Shown here: piece by piece, positions 28,071 to 39,240 of the stretch
How positions within the stretch are numbered: position 1 is the stretch's first letter
Layout: each line of letters opens with the position of its first letter
Origin: Sulfuricella sp.
GTDB lineage: Bacteria > Pseudomonadota > Gammaproteobacteria > Burkholderiales > Sulfuricellaceae
Assembly: GCA_041651995.1 (NCBI GenBank)
Contig: JBAZID010000011.1
Coordinates: 22,345-86,344 of the forward strand
DNA: 64,000 nt
Direction: 5' to 3'
Translations under genes and position numbers: made by a program
Notes under the pieces: generated by a model
The model's input: the letters and a program-made list of their open reading frames with translations, nothing else
What the model was told of the DNA's origin: nothing
Databases searched by the model: none

Positions 28071-29932
28071 GCAGCGGGCCTTCCGGTCTGGATGCATTGG
28101 ATTTCGAGGCCATGCCGGATGAGCTCGGATTGTACCGCTCTTACCTCGATGTCCTCGGGCGTGTCACCAATCTGCTGCTCGAAGATCCGGGGGAAGAAAG
28201 CTGGGAGGAAGTGCTGCGGCTATTGGCGGGCGCCGCGCGCATCAACCATTGCGCCCTGTATCTCAACCAGCCTGGCGAGGATGGCAGCCCGCGGGCGCAG
28301 CTGTGCTCCTTGTGGTCTGCCAGCCCGCTTGACAGCACCGGATTGCAGAGCCTGGACTATGAAAATTATGACCTGCTCAACGATACGCTGCATATCGGCA
28401 TGGTGCTGGTCAAGAACATGTCTGAACTGCCCGCGCCCGAGTTCAACCTTTTCAAAAGGATGCGCATCGGCAGTGTGATGTGCATTCCCCTCCTGGTGGC
28501 TGGAGAAATGTCCGGATTTCTCGGTTTCTTCAGTCCGCGCGCGAAATGCGACTGGCTGCCGATGGAGATCGATGTCTTGTGCGTTGCGGCCAGCAACTTC
28601 TCCGCCATGCTGGCACGGCAGCGCATGGAACATAGCCTGCGAGCCAGCGAGTCGCGCTTGCGGGTGCTGGTGGGCGCCACCGAAGATATCGTGATCGAGT
28701 TCAATGCCGGAGGAGAGATTCACAATCTCTGGTCTGACCACAGCCTGTTGCCCTCTTCATGCCAGCCCGGTACCTCGCTGAGCTCGGCTTTGCCCGCCGG
28801 CATGGCGCGGACCCTGCTGGATGCCGCTCCGGATGTGCTGGGCAGCGGTAAAAGCGAAGTGGTGAGTTTTGCGCTCGAAGATGCGCTGGGCGACCAGTAT
28901 TTTACCGGCAGGCTGCAAACCGTTCCTTCCGAGAGCGGCCAGGACATGCATCTGGTCGCGCTGATCCGCGACGTGACTGCTCAGACGCAGGCCGAGGCAC
29001 GCCGCCAGACCATGCTGGATACGCTCGATCTGCTGGAAGAGGCGATTATTGATATGACGCCACAGGGCAAGCTGACCAATGTCAGTGCCGGCTGGGAGAA
29101 ACTGCGTGGCGGAGAGAAGTCGGGGCGCGTGCCGCATGAACAGTCGCTGCTGCAGTTTGTGCATCCCGACGACCAGGGGGAAGTTACCGCCACGCTGGGC
29201 AAGCTGGAAGGCGCGCCGCAAGGGCCGGGAAAAACCCTGCGATTCCGCCTGGGCAGAAAGAGCGGGGAATATTTGTGGGTCGAAGCGCGCCTGCTCGCGC
29301 ACCGTTCGCCACAGGGACAGGTCACCTGCATGCGCGGCATCCTGCGCGATGTCACGGCATCCTATCTGGAGCAGAAGCGGATTACCCGGCTGGCTCTGCA
29401 TGATCCCCTGACCAGCCTGCCAAACCGTGTGTTGCTGCATGACCACTTGCAGCAGGCGATTGTCCGTGCCCAGCGCAACGGTTCAAAAGTTGCCCTGGGC
29501 TTTATCGATCTGGATCATTTCAAGCAGATCAACGATACGCTCGGGCATCAGGCCGGGGATGCCGTATTGCTGACCATGAGCCAAAGATTGCAGGGCGCCA
29601 TGCGGGAAATGGACACGCTTTGCCGCTGGGGAGGGGACGAGTTTGTGGCGCTACTGCCGGATACCGCACAGGAAGCGGATGTGCGGCACATCGCCAAGCG
29701 CTTGATGGAGGCGGGGCGGCAGGCGATAGCGGTGGAGGGGCAGGAAGTCATGCCGACGCTGAGTGCCGGTTTCGCCGTATTCCCTGATGATGCCAGCAGC
29801 GCCGAGTCGCTGATGGCCGTCGCCGATCACACCATGTTTCAGGCCAAGCGCAATGGCCGCAACAACGTCTGCTTCTTCAGCGACCTGCCGCCCGGGCTAG
29901 CGCAATTTGAATTGCTTGATCACCTGATCTAG
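28067..29932 (+). CDS. GAF-PAS-PAS diguanylate cyclase
   Basis: [29 protein letters not shown]-site, RWGGDEF. Confidence 0.92.
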   Translation: MSSGPSGLDALDFEAMPDELGLYRSYLDVLGRVTNLLLEDPGEESWEEVLRLLAGAARINHCALYLNQPGEDGSPRAQLCSLWSASPLDSTGLQSLDYENYDLLNDTLHIGMVLVKNMSELPAPEFNLFKRMRIGSVMCIPLLVAGEMSGFLGFFSPRAKCDWLPMEIDVLCVAASNFSAMLARQRMEHSLRASESRLRVLVGATEDIVIEFNAGGEIHNLWSDHSLLPSSCQPGTSLSSALPAGMARTLLDAAPDVLGSGKSEVVSFALEDALGDQYFTGRLQTVPSESGQDMHLVALIRDVTAQTQAEARRQTMLDTLDLLEEAIIDMTPQGKLTNVSAGWEKLRGGEKSGRVPHEQSLLQFVHPDDQGEVTATLGKLEGAPQGPGKTLRFRLGRKSGEYLWVEARLLAHRSPQGQVTCMRGILRDVTASYLEQKRITRLALHDPLTSLPNRVLLHDHLQQAIVRAQRNGSKVALGFIDLDHFKQINDTLGHQAGDAVLLTMSQRLQGAMREMDTLCRWGGDEFVALLPDTAQEADVRHIAKRLMEAGRQAIAVEGQEVMPTLSAGFAVFPDDASSAESLMAVADHTMFQAKRNGRNNVCFFSDLPPGLAQFELLDHLI

Positions 29933-31078
29933 CTCCGCCGAGAGGTTGGCCAGTTCTCTCGTGGCCTGCTCGCCGCTCATGGTGTCGACGGAAGCGTCCT
30001 GCACCATCTGGCTGATCTCATCGACATGGCCGCGAACTTCGGACACCATCTGATTCTGCGATGCTGCTCCGGTGGCGATACGTTCGATCATTTCCGAAAC
30101 CCGTTCCACGCTGAGAACGATTTCCTGTAATGCCCGGCCCGCTTCGGTCGCCTTTTCCACGCCGCCCCGCACTTGTTCGGTGCCGCTTTGCATGGTGGAA
30201 ATGGCATTCTGGGTTTCCTGCTGCACGCTCTGGATCATGCCGCTGATTTCCTGGGTGGCCTGGGCCGTTTTTTCCGCCAGCTTGCGCACTTCATCGGCCA
30301 CTACCGCGAAACCGCGGCCCTGCTCGCCAGCGCGTGCTGCTTCGATGGCGGCATTCAGGGCGAGGAGATTGGTTTGCTCGGCGATGCCATTGATCACCGC
30401 TACAATGGCGCCGATTTCATCGGACTTGCGGCCCAGGCTATCCACGGCTGAAGAACCGAGGGTGACTGATTCGTTGATCCGGCGCATGCCCTGAATGGTT
30501 TCCTGCACGATATTGCCGCCTGATTGGGCCAGATTGGAAGCTGTGCGCGCTGCCTCGGAAACCTGGCTGGCGCTACCGGAAATTTGCGCCACGGTTTCCG
30601 ACAGGGTTTCAGTGCTGGAGTTGATGCTGGCAACGGTCTGCTGTTGGGCGTCGAAGCGCTGGCGCACCCCTGCCATGAGTCCCTGAATGGTGTTGGCATC
30701 ACGGTTGACGTGGCCGCTCATGGTCGCCACTTCGCCAATCAGCTCGCGCAGGTTCTCTGCCATCTTGTTGAAGCCATGGATGATTTCACCGATCATGTCG
30801 TGGCTTTCCATGCCGCAGGTATGGCTGATGTCCTTGTTGCTGATGGCCGTGGCCACTTGCGAGATGCGCCGCAGCTTGGACAGCAGCACCCAGTTCACCA
30901 GCCAGTAATTGGCCAGCCCGACAATGGCTCCCGCGGCCAGTGCGCTGACCACGAACCACACCAGCATGCCGGGTTTCCACTCCACGAACAGGTTGGCAAA
31001 CACCGGAAACACCCCGCCCATCACCAGGCCAAGTGCCAGGAATGACAGCATCAGATTGCGCAGAACGCTAGGTTTCAT
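29897..31078 (-). CDS. Methyl-accepting chemotaxis protein without a periplasmic domain
   Basis: Two close TM helices, HAMP-like linker, [31 protein letters not shown]. Confidence 0.93.
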   Translation of the reverse strand: MKPSVLRNLMLSFLALGLVMGGVFPVFANLFVEWKPGMLVWFVVSALAAGAIVGLANYWLVNWVLLSKLRRISQVATAISNKDISHTCGMESHDMIGEIIHGFNKMAENLRELIGEVATMSGHVNRDANTIQGLMAGVRQRFDAQQQTVASINSSTETLSETVAQISGSASQVSEAARTASNLAQSGGNIVQETIQGMRRINESVTLGSSAVDSLGRKSDEIGAIVAVINGIAEQTNLLALNAAIEAARAGEQGRGFAVVADEVRKLAEKTAQATQEISGMIQSVQQETQNAISTMQSGTEQVRGGVEKATEAGRALQEIVLSVERVSEMIERIATGAASQNQMVSEVRGHVDEISQMVQDASVDTMSGEQATRELANLSAELDQVIKQFKLR

Positions 31079-31101
31079 TTTGATTCTCCCCCCAACTGTT
31101 G

Positions 31102-31497
31102 TTACTTGTGTGCACTGCTTTTTTGTATGAATTCGATCGGGTACCCGTCCGGGTCCTCGATGAAGGCGATGATGGTGGTGCCCGCGTTCATCGGCCCGGC
31201 TTCGCGCACCACCCGGACGCCATGCCCGCGTGCTTCCTCGCAGGCCCGGGTGGCGTCTTCCACCTCGATCGCCAGGTGGCCGAAAGCGTTACCTTGATCA
31301 TAAGCGCTTGTGTCCCAGTTATGGGTAAGTTCGATCACGCTGTTTTCGGCTTCATCGCCATAGCCCACGAAGGCCAGGGTGAAGCGCCCCGCTGGATAGT
31401 CTTTTCGCCGCAACAGGCGCATGCCGAGGACTTCGGTATAGAAGGCAATGGATTTGTCGAGATCGGCGACGCGGATCATGGTGTGCAGGAGACGCAT
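31102..31497 (-). CDS. gloA: Lactoylglutathione lyase
   Basis: [26 protein letters not shown]. Confidence 0.95.
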   Translation of the reverse strand: MRLLHTMIRVADLDKSIAFYTEVLGMRLLRRKDYPAGRFTLAFVGYGDEAENSVIELTHNWDTSAYDQGNAFGHLAIEVEDATRACEEARGHGVRVVREAGPMNAGTTIIAFIEDPDGYPIEFIQKSSAHK

Positions 31498-31619
31498 GTG
31501 AGGGGTTCTCGCTCAGGTGATGTAACGGTGATGTGCGCTGCGATTTTTTTCATCATAGCGCGCTTGGCGGGCAGAAAAAACCCCGTCGTAAACAGGTGTA
31601 AAGGTGATGGGGGTGAGGT

Positions 31620-32375
31620 TCAGAACTGGTGGTAGTCCGAGCCATGAATTTTCAGGAGCCCGCGCAGTTCGCTGAAATCCGGGCACGCCTGTTCCACGGT
31701 CCGCCAGAAGGCGGGCGAATGATTCATTTCGATGCGGTGGGCCAGTTCGTGGACCACGACATAATCGATGACCGGCGGCGGTGCCTTGATCAGGCGCCAG
31801 TTGAGGCGGATGGCGCCTGTGCTGGTACAGCTTCCCCAGCGGGTACGGGCGTTGCTGAGGCTTAGCCTCGACACCTCGACATCAAGCTGGCGGGCATAAG
31901 CGCTAACCCGGTGCTGAAAAAATGCCAGGGCTTCGCGCCGGTACCATTGCAGAACCCTGCTTGCCAGCGCATCGGGGCCGCACTTTTCCGGCATGAATAC
32001 GCGCAGCACGCCTTCGGCGAGCAGCAATTTGCTCCTGGCGCCGCCATGTTCGACTGACAACTCGATCGGACTGCCGAGGAAAGGCAGAATCTGGCCCGTC
32101 TGCCAGACGATGGGCGGGGTGGCGCGGATGCGCATTGCATCGAGCCTGGCGAGAATCCAGGCGGATCTCTGCGCCAGAATTTTTTCCATTTCATGCTGTG
32201 GCAGGCGTGCGGGGACGCTGACGATCAATCCGCTGGGGTCGATTCTGAGACCGATGCTGCGCCGCCGCGAACTGCGCAGCAGCAGGTAGGATATTTCCTC
32301 GTTACCGAGAATGAGGCGGTGGCGCAAGCGGTCCACGTTCAAAGTCGCGCGCGATGTGCTGCATTTCCTGTTCAA
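31620..32375 (-). CDS. M48/YgjP-like zinc metallohydrolase
   Basis: TRWGSC, LNWRL, YVVVHELAH, NHSPAFW. Confidence 0.9.
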   Translation of the reverse strand: MNRKCSTSRATLNVDRLRHRLILGNEEISYLLLRSSRRRSIGLRIDPSGLIVSVPARLPQHEMEKILAQRSAWILARLDAMRIRATPPIVWQTGQILPFLGSPIELSVEHGGARSKLLLAEGVLRVFMPEKCGPDALASRVLQWYRREALAFFQHRVSAYARQLDVEVSRLSLSNARTRWGSCTSTGAIRLNWRLIKAPPPVIDYVVVHELAHRIEMNHSPAFWRTVEQACPDFSELRGLLKIHGSDYHQF

Positions 32376-33054
32376 TCCATGTTTCCACCTGGCTGTTCAG
32401 CGCGCCGGCTTTCATCCCGCCTGCCTGAATGGGTTTGCCAATGCTCAGTGTGATGGTGCCAGGGTGTTTCAGGAAAGCATTCTTGCCCCAGAACTCGCCG
32501 GCATTGTGCGCTATCGGCAGGACCGTTGCGTCGCTGTGCGTGGCGAGAAAGGCGCCGCCAATATTGTATTTACCGCTGACGCCCGGCCTGACCCGCGTGC
32601 CTTCAGGAAAAACCACCACCCAGAAGCCTTTTGCCAGCCGTGCCTTGCCCTGCTCGGTGATCTGCCTGAGCGCTTCTTTTCCGGCGCTGCGATCTATGGC
32701 GATCGGGCTGGTCATGGCCAGGCCCCAGCCGAAAAACGGAATTCTGAGCAATTCCCTTTTCATCACCCATACCACCGGCGGGAAGACACACTGGAATGCC
32801 ATGGTTTCCCATGCCGACTGATGCTTGGCGAGAATGATGCAGGGATGACCGGGTATGTTTTCCGTTCCAATAACCCGATAAGACAGGCCGCAGGTGAGTT
32901 TCATCCACCACAGCATGATTCGCGACCATAGTGCTATGAAGCGCGAGCGGGTGAGGGGGGGCAAAGGGAAGGCCAGCAGGGCGAGGACGGAAAAAAGCGG
33001 GGTGGTGACCAGTAGCCCCAGCGCATAAAGGGAGGAGCGCAGCCAGGTCATCAT
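32302..33054 (-). CDS. plsC: 1-acyl-sn-glycerol-3-phosphate acyltransferase
   Basis: KHQSAWET, FPEGTR. Confidence 0.92.
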   Translation of the reverse strand: MMTWLRSSLYALGLLVTTPLFSVLALLAFPLPPLTRSRFIALWSRIMLWWMKLTCGLSYRVIGTENIPGHPCIILAKHQSAWETMAFQCVFPPVVWVMKRELLRIPFFGWGLAMTSPIAIDRSAGKEALRQITEQGKARLAKGFWVVVFPEGTRVRPGVSGKYNIGGAFLATHSDATVLPIAHNAGEFWGKNAFLKHPGTITLSIGKPIQAGGMKAGALNSQVETWIEQEMQHIARDFERGPLAPPPHSR

Positions 33055-33593
33055 GCGTTGCGCGAGATCAGGTACTGCACTGCTTCAGCCAGGTCGGCGA
33101 ACACCGGCGTGCCTTCCGGCAGGCCGCCCGCGGACAGGGTCTTTTCACCTTTTCCGGTGCGCACCAGGATGGGTTGCGCACCCATGGCTGCCGCTGCCTG
33201 CAGGTCGCGCAGCGAATCGCCGATGGCGGGCACGCCAGCCAGTTCAATATTGAAGCGTTTGCTGATTTCCTCGAACATGCCCGGCTTGGGTTTGCGGCAA
33301 TCGCATTTCGAGTCCGCCGTGTGCGGGCAAAAGAATAGTGCATCGATGCGTCCACCCGCCTGGGCCAGGGCCTTGTGCATCTTGTCGTGAATGGTGTTGA
33401 GCGTGGTCATGTCGAACAGGCCGCGGCCGATGCCCGACTGGTTGGTGGCCAGCACCACGCGGTAGCCCGCCTGATTGAGGCGGGCAATGGCTTCCAGGCT
33501 GCCGGGAATGGGCTTCCATTCATCCGGGCTCTTGATGAACTGGTCGGAGTCGAAATTGACCACGCCATCGCGGTCGAGAATGATGAGTTTCAT
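33051..33593 (-). CDS. gmhB: D-glycero-beta-D-manno-heptose-1,7-bisphosphate phosphatase
   Basis: MKLIILDRDGV, TNQSG, CPH...CDCRKP; start 33593 because the upstream frame is repeat-derived. Confidence 0.95.
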   Translation of the reverse strand: MKLIILDRDGVVNFDSDQFIKSPDEWKPIPGSLEAIARLNQAGYRVVLATNQSGIGRGLFDMTTLNTIHDKMHKALAQAGGRIDALFFCPHTADSKCDCRKPKPGMFEEISKRFNIELAGVPAIGDSLRDLQAAAAMGAQPILVRTGKGEKTLSAGGLPEGTPVFADLAEAVQYLISRNA

Positions 33594-33601
33594 GATTTTT
33601 C

Positions 33602-33682
33602 GGTGAGGGGTGAGGGGTGAGGGGTGAGGGGTAAAACCACCATGCACCGCTTAGGCCCATCACTCATCACTCTTCACTCCTT
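33602..33682. repeat. Heptamer (GGGGTGA)n inverted-array element
   Basis: (GGGGTGA)x3-GGGG - AAAACCACCATGCACCG core - degenerate TCACTCA arm. Confidence 0.8.
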
Positions 33683-33686
33683 ACGA

Positions 33687-35860
33687 TCAAGCTGCAAGTT
33701 TGGAAATATCCGCCACCTGGTTCATCAGGCCGCCGAGGGATTTGAGCAGGGCGAGGCGATTGTTGCGTATCAGCGGTTCATCCACCATCACCATCACGCC
33801 GTCGAAAAAGTTGTCCACTGCCTGACGCACGCCTGCCAATTGAGTCAGGGCGCCGGTGTAGTCCTCGTTCTGGAGCAGGGCCGCGACTTGGGGTGCGAGC
33901 TGGTTTACCGCAGCCAGCAGGTCGAGTTCGGCGGCGTCCGTCATCAGTGCCGGGTCGGCGTCGCCGCTCGGGGCCTCGGTCTTTTTTAGGATGTTCTGAA
34001 TGCGCTTGTTGGCGGCAGCCAGGGCGGCGGCTTCGGGCAGACCGGCGAAGGTGCGCACGGCGGCGAGGCGCTTGGGTATGTCGCCCAGGCGCTGCGGACG
34101 TTGCGACACTACGGCATCAACTTCCTGCGCCGTGTAGCCTTGCTCGCGCAGGCTGCCGGCGAGACGGTCGTTAAAGAATTCTAGCAAGTTGCCCAGAACA
34201 GGAGAGTTCGCCGGATCAAGGTTTTGAGCGAAGGCCGCCTTGTCAGAGCCACGAGTGGTTGTGCCAATCTGGTTCTCAATCATTTGATCCATGATCATGC
34301 AACATGCACGAAGAAGTTCCTCCATCTTGAGAGGAATATCTCCCTCCATCAGCATGCGAATCACGCCCAGTGCATGGCGACGTAGCGCGAATGGGTCCTT
34401 GTCACCGGTCGGAATCTGGCCGATGCTGAACATGCCGACCAGCGTTTCCAGCTTGTCGGCCAGTGCCACGACGGTGCCAACCTGACCGCGCGGCAGGCTG
34501 TCGCCAGCAAAGCGCGGCTTGTAGTGATCCTCAATGGCATCGGCGATATCGGTAGCGAGACCATCATGTAGCGCGTAATAACGGCCCATGATGCCCTGTA
34601 GTTCCGGGAATTCGCCGACCATATCGGTCAGCAGGTCTGCCTTGGCGAGTAGCGCGGCCTGCTCGGCCTGGAGCGCGAGCGCTTCGTCGCCCAGTTGCTG
34701 GCCGATGGCCTTGGCGATGGCGCAGACGCGCTGCACGCGTTCACCTTGCGAGCCGAGTTTGTTGTGATAGACGACCTTGGCCAGGCTCAGCACGCGGGAC
34801 TCCAGCGTGTTTTTGCGGTCCTGGTCGAAGAAGAACTTGGCATCGGCGAGTCGCGGGCGCACCACCCGCTCGTTGCCGCCGATCACGGCGCTAGGGTCGG
34901 AGGGGCGGATGTTGGACACGATCAGGAACTGGTTGGTCAGCTTGCCTGCCGCGTCGAGCAGGGGGAAATACTTCTGGTTGGCCTTCATGGTGAGGATCAG
35001 GCATTCCTGCGGCACGTCCAGAAATTCCTCCTCGAATTGGCCTGCCAGCACGTTGGGGCGCTCCACCAGTGCGGTCACCTCGTCCAGCAGGGCATCGTCA
35101 TCAATCGGCCTCAGGTTGGGGCCGGCCTTGGCGGCGGCATCCTGCAACTGGCGCACGATGTCGGCGCGGCGTTTTTCAAAGGAGGGAATGACTGCGCCCT
35201 CGCTTTCCATCTGGCTCTCGTAACTGTCTGCATCCTGGATCGAAATGGCGGCAGTAGCGGCCTCGAAGCGGTGACCCCGGGTCATGCGGCCGGAACTCAG
35301 GCCAAGGATGGCGAGCGGAACGATGTCCGCGCCGTGCAACGCGACCAGGCCATGCGCCGGGCGAACGAAATTGACGGTGCTCCAGCCATCTGCCAGCTGG
35401 TAAGTCATCACTTTCGGGATGGGCAGCGCAGCGAGTGCGGCTTCCAGCGCTTGTTGCAGGCCATTGGCCAGCGTCGCCCCCTGCACTTCGGTATCGAAAA
35501 ACAAGGCTTCTGCCTTGCCCTCGCCTTCACGCTTGAGCTGGGACACGATTCCAGCATCCAGTCCCATGCCCGCCAGCCTTTTCAACAATGCCTGGGTGGG
35601 CTGGCCATTGGCATCCAGCCCCACGCTCACCGGCATGAGCTTGTGCGATATCGGCTTGTCGGCCGCCTGAGTAGCGACTTGCGTGATATGCGCCGCCAAA
35701 CGACGCGGCGAGGCGTAGGGGGTGACGCTCGATTCTTCGCTCGCCAGTCCTTGTGTCTTGAGAGATTCGAACAGCCTGGTGGAAAAGGCGATGCCCAGTT
35801 TTTTGAGCGCCTTGGGCGGCAGTTCTTCGACAAACAGTTCAACCAGAAGATTGTTCATAT

Positions 35861-35864
<4 letters not shown>
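33687..35864 (-). CDS. glyS: Glycine-tRNA ligase beta subunit
   Basis: [42 protein letters not shown]. Confidence 0.97.
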
Positions 35865-36778
<914 letters not shown>

Positions 36779-36872
36779 GAAGGAAGGAAGCCGCCAAAAA
36801 GCGCTGATTTTACTGTATTTCAGGGGTACGGGGAAATTCCTGCTGAAGCTTGGAAGAGCCTGTGCATCCAGC

Positions 36873-36901
36873 TTGAATATATATGGCATTAAGTCCATAA
36901 T
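36873..36901 (+). promoter_or_regulatory. TA promoter with overlapping operator palindrome
   Basis: TTGAAT-17-CATAAT; TATGG-N8-CCATA inverted repeat; ATG 7 nt after the -10. Confidence 0.65.
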
Positions 36902-36907
36902 TCGCCC

Positions 36908-37285
36908 ATGAGATGGGCTGTCCTCTTCCACGACGATTTTGCCGCTGAGTTTTCGCTGCTGGCCGAATCCTTGCAGGACGAACTGCTTGCTCACGCTCTG
37001 CTGCTGCGCGATTTCGGCCCCGGCTTGGGGCGTCCGACAGTGGATACGTTGAAGGGGTCGAGGCACGCTAACATGAAAGAGTTGCGCTTCAGCTGGGCAG
37101 GCGAAGTATGGCGCGTTGCCTTTGCCTTCGATCCGGCACGGCAGGCGATTCTGCTGGTCGGTGGCGACAAGGGCGGCTCGGACCAACGGCGCTTTTACAA
37201 ACGGCTGATTTCGCTGGCAGACTCGCGGTTTGATGCACATCTGGCCGCAACGGGCAAGGAGCACAAACATGGCAAGAAATCTTGA
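36908..37285 (+). CDS. RelE/HigB-like toxin (toxin-first operon)
   Basis: [15 protein letters not shown]...MKELRF...WRVAFAFDP...ILLVGGDK. Confidence 0.88.
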   Translation: MRWAVLFHDDFAAEFSLLAESLQDELLAHALLLRDFGPGLGRPTVDTLKGSRHANMKELRFSWAGEVWRVAFAFDPARQAILLVGGDKGGSDQRRFYKRLISLADSRFDAHLAATGKEHKHGKKS

Positions 37286-37592
37286 TCACCTGCTGGCCGA
37301 ACTACCAGCCAAACGCCTGACCGCCATTGAGGCGCGCGCCGGTGAATTGGCGACACTGAAAGACTTGCGCCTGGCCGTGGCGCAAACGCAGCAAGATCTC
37401 GCTGCCGCGCTGGGCGTGGGGCAAGACACGATTTCACGTTTGGAAAAACGTAGCGACATGCTGCTCTCCACCTTGCGTCGTTATGTCGAGGCGATGGGTG
37501 GCAAGCTGGAGCTGGTGGCGCAATTCCCCAACCGTCCGCCAGTAGTCATTGACCATCTGGCTCCGGAAAGCAGCCCGCGTAGGGCGCAATAA
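37269..37592 (+). CDS. XRE-family HTH antitoxin (HigA-like)
   Basis: [24 protein letters not shown]...[12 protein letters not shown]. Confidence 0.88.
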   Translation: MARNLDHLLAELPAKRLTAIEARAGELATLKDLRLAVAQTQQDLAAALGVGQDTISRLEKRSDMLLSTLRRYVEAMGGKLELVAQFPNRPPVVIDHLAPESSPRRAQ

Positions 37593-37610
37593 CCGAAGGG
37601 CATTGCGCCG
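37579..37610. repeat. GTAG-family REP, left flank of the RAYT
   Basis: GTAGGGCGCAATAACCGAAGGGCATTGCGCCG. Confidence 0.9.
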
Positions 37611-37614
37611 AATG

Positions 37615-38145
37615 TTAATCATCGTAACCCAACCCCCTTTCGTCTCCGCCAGCCCAATCCGGCGGATAGACACCTTCGGCAACCAGATGGTGAAACGTCG
37701 AATAAGGCCAATCGGCTACACGCCTGACCAACCCATGTTTCAACGGGTTGATATGCACATAATCCATGTGCGCCCGGTAATCCGCCTCGTCCCGAATCAG
37801 GTGTTCCCAATACCGTCGTTGCCAGATGCCTCGCTCGCCCCGGCGGACGCGCACGGCGGATAATTTCTCGCCGCGCGGTATCACCTTGGAAAAGCCCATT
37901 TTGATCAATCGCCACCGGGTCGCGAAATCCGCATCTTCTGGTGGCAACTCGATCACGCAATGCAGGTGGTCGGGCAAAACCACCCAGCCGTGGATGTGGA
38001 AAGTGTGGCGTTTACGCACAGCGCGAACAGCTTGCCGCAACAAATCAATATGCTGCGTGAGCAGGTCGTTTCCGTGCCGTTGCAGCAAATTGACAGTGAA
38101 AAAATAAGTTCCGCCCGGATGCCAGGCTCGACGGTAATCAGGCAT
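37615..38145 (-). mobile_element. REP-associated tyrosine transposase (RAYT, HUH/Y1)
   Basis: GGTYFFTV, VVLPDHLH (HUH), WQRRYWEH, DYVHINPLKHG. Confidence 0.93.
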
Positions 38146-38172
38146 GGGGCGAGTATCGGGGCATTTGACATG

Positions 38173-38204
38173 CGGCGCAATGCCCTACGGTTATTGCGCC
38201 CTAC
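38173..38204. repeat. GTAG-family REP, right flank (inverted, 31/32 identical to the left copy)
   Basis: CGGCGCAATGCCCTACGGTTATTGCGCCCTAC. Confidence 0.9.
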
Positions 38205-38230
38205 GGGAGCTGCATTTCAGGGAGGCCGGG

Positions 38231-38255
38231 AATGGGGCGGAGAACCCGCCCCATT
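38231..38255. terminator. Perfect 10-bp stem-loop 3' of the cytochrome gene (no clear U-tract)
   Basis: AATGGGGCGG-AGAAC-CCGCCCCATT. Confidence 0.45.
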
Positions 38256-38264
38256 GGATTAAAC

Positions 38265-38840
38265 CTAGAACAGCGGACGCTTGATGGTGAATGCGCCGCG
38301 TAATTGGCCCAGGGTGTAGCCGGTGGCCTTGTCGTGGGGGAACTCTGTTGTCAGGATATCCTTTGCAGCTTGAGCGCGGACCTCATCCGTGCCGTGGCAC
38401 TTGAGGCAGACGTCCTGCAGCGGGATCGCTTTCATGTAGCGGAAATATTTGCCCTGCGGCTCGGTGACGATTTCGGCGAAATCCATGTTGGCCGGGTTTT
38501 CCTTTTCCAGGCGCTTGTCAAAATCCACCAGAACTTTCTGTTCCCATGCATCGGGTGTTCCGAGTAGTGGATTGCGCACTTTCAGCGATACGCGGCTCAC
38601 GTGCCAGCCGTTCTTGCGTGAGGCTTGGGAGGCGATGGCGGGGGCAATGTCGCGGCATACCTTGATGGAGGAGGCGGGGCCGTTGGCTTCCATTTCCTTT
38701 TTCAGTTCACCGCCCAGCTGAGTGGCAAACTCTTTCACAACCTTGCGGGCTTCGTCCTGATATTTGGCCATGTCATCGGCCATGACGGGAAAGGCGATGG
38801 AAGTGGAAAATGCTGCGGCAACCAGATAGTGCAATTTCAT
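38265..38840 (-). CDS. Periplasmic monoheme c protein, DUF3365/Tll0287-like
   Basis: Signal peptide, IKVC, RVSLKVRNP, FRYMKAI, CLKCH, GQLRGAF. Confidence 0.85.
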   Translation of the reverse strand: MKLHYLVAAAFSTSIAFPVMADDMAKYQDEARKVVKEFATQLGGELKKEMEANGPASSIKVCRDIAPAIASQASRKNGWHVSRVSLKVRNPLLGTPDAWEQKVLVDFDKRLEKENPANMDFAEIVTEPQGKYFRYMKAIPLQDVCLKCHGTDEVRAQAAKDILTTEFPHDKATGYTLGQLRGAFTIKRPLF

Positions 38841-38970
38841 GTTGTGGCTCCTTCGGTTTGGTTACGCGTATGGCGTCAATGAGGCTTGTCGACCCGGATC
38901 AGCCCGGAAATAGATGATCTTTCGATCACGGTTCATTGTATTTGCGTTTGGCTGGATAGGGAAGCCTGCC

Positions 38971-39240
38971 TCAGTTTTTCGCACTGCTCGCCATGAGCGC
39001 ATGCTTGGCCGCGCGGTTCAGCTTTTTGAGCGCCGCTTCGCGCCGTGAGGCGGAAGCGCGGTCGGCGTGGGGCTCGGTATAAACCATCTGCACTGGCAGG
39101 CGGGAGCGGGTGTATTTTGAGGCCGTGCCATCGTTATGCGCGCCGAGGCGCTTGTCCAGATCATTGGTGATGCCGGTGTAAAGCGTGCCGTCGGCGCATT
39201 CCAGCAGGTAGCAGAACCAGCTCAACGCCTGAATCGCCAT
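38971..39240 (-). CDS. GIY-YIG nuclease family protein
   Basis: CYLLECADGTLYTGITNDL..RL..HN.G..SKYTR. Confidence 0.88.
   Translation of the reverse strand: MAIQALSWFCYLLECADGTLYTGITNDLDKRLGAHNDGTASKYTRSRLPVQMVYTEPHADRASASRREAALKKLNRAAKHALMASSAKN

Noticed and set aside
32302-32375. 74-bp same-strand overlap of plsC and the M48 gene
   Set aside because: Likely start-site uncertainty or a drifting C-terminus; no frameshift signal was seen.
36779-37270. 164-aa N-terminal extension of GlyQ in the ORF track
   Set aside because: GlyQ homology begins at MLTFQD (36778); the extension is antisense to the toxin gene.
38260-38271. Solo family-A-like end (TAA-ACCTAGAAC)
   Set aside because: It overlaps the cytochrome gene stop, and no partner end or inner arms were found; probably chance.
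38914-38929. FNR-like palindrome ATGAT-N6-ATCAC upstream of the cytochrome gene
   Set aside because: Spacing does not fit FNR (N4) and the half-sites do not fit CRP.
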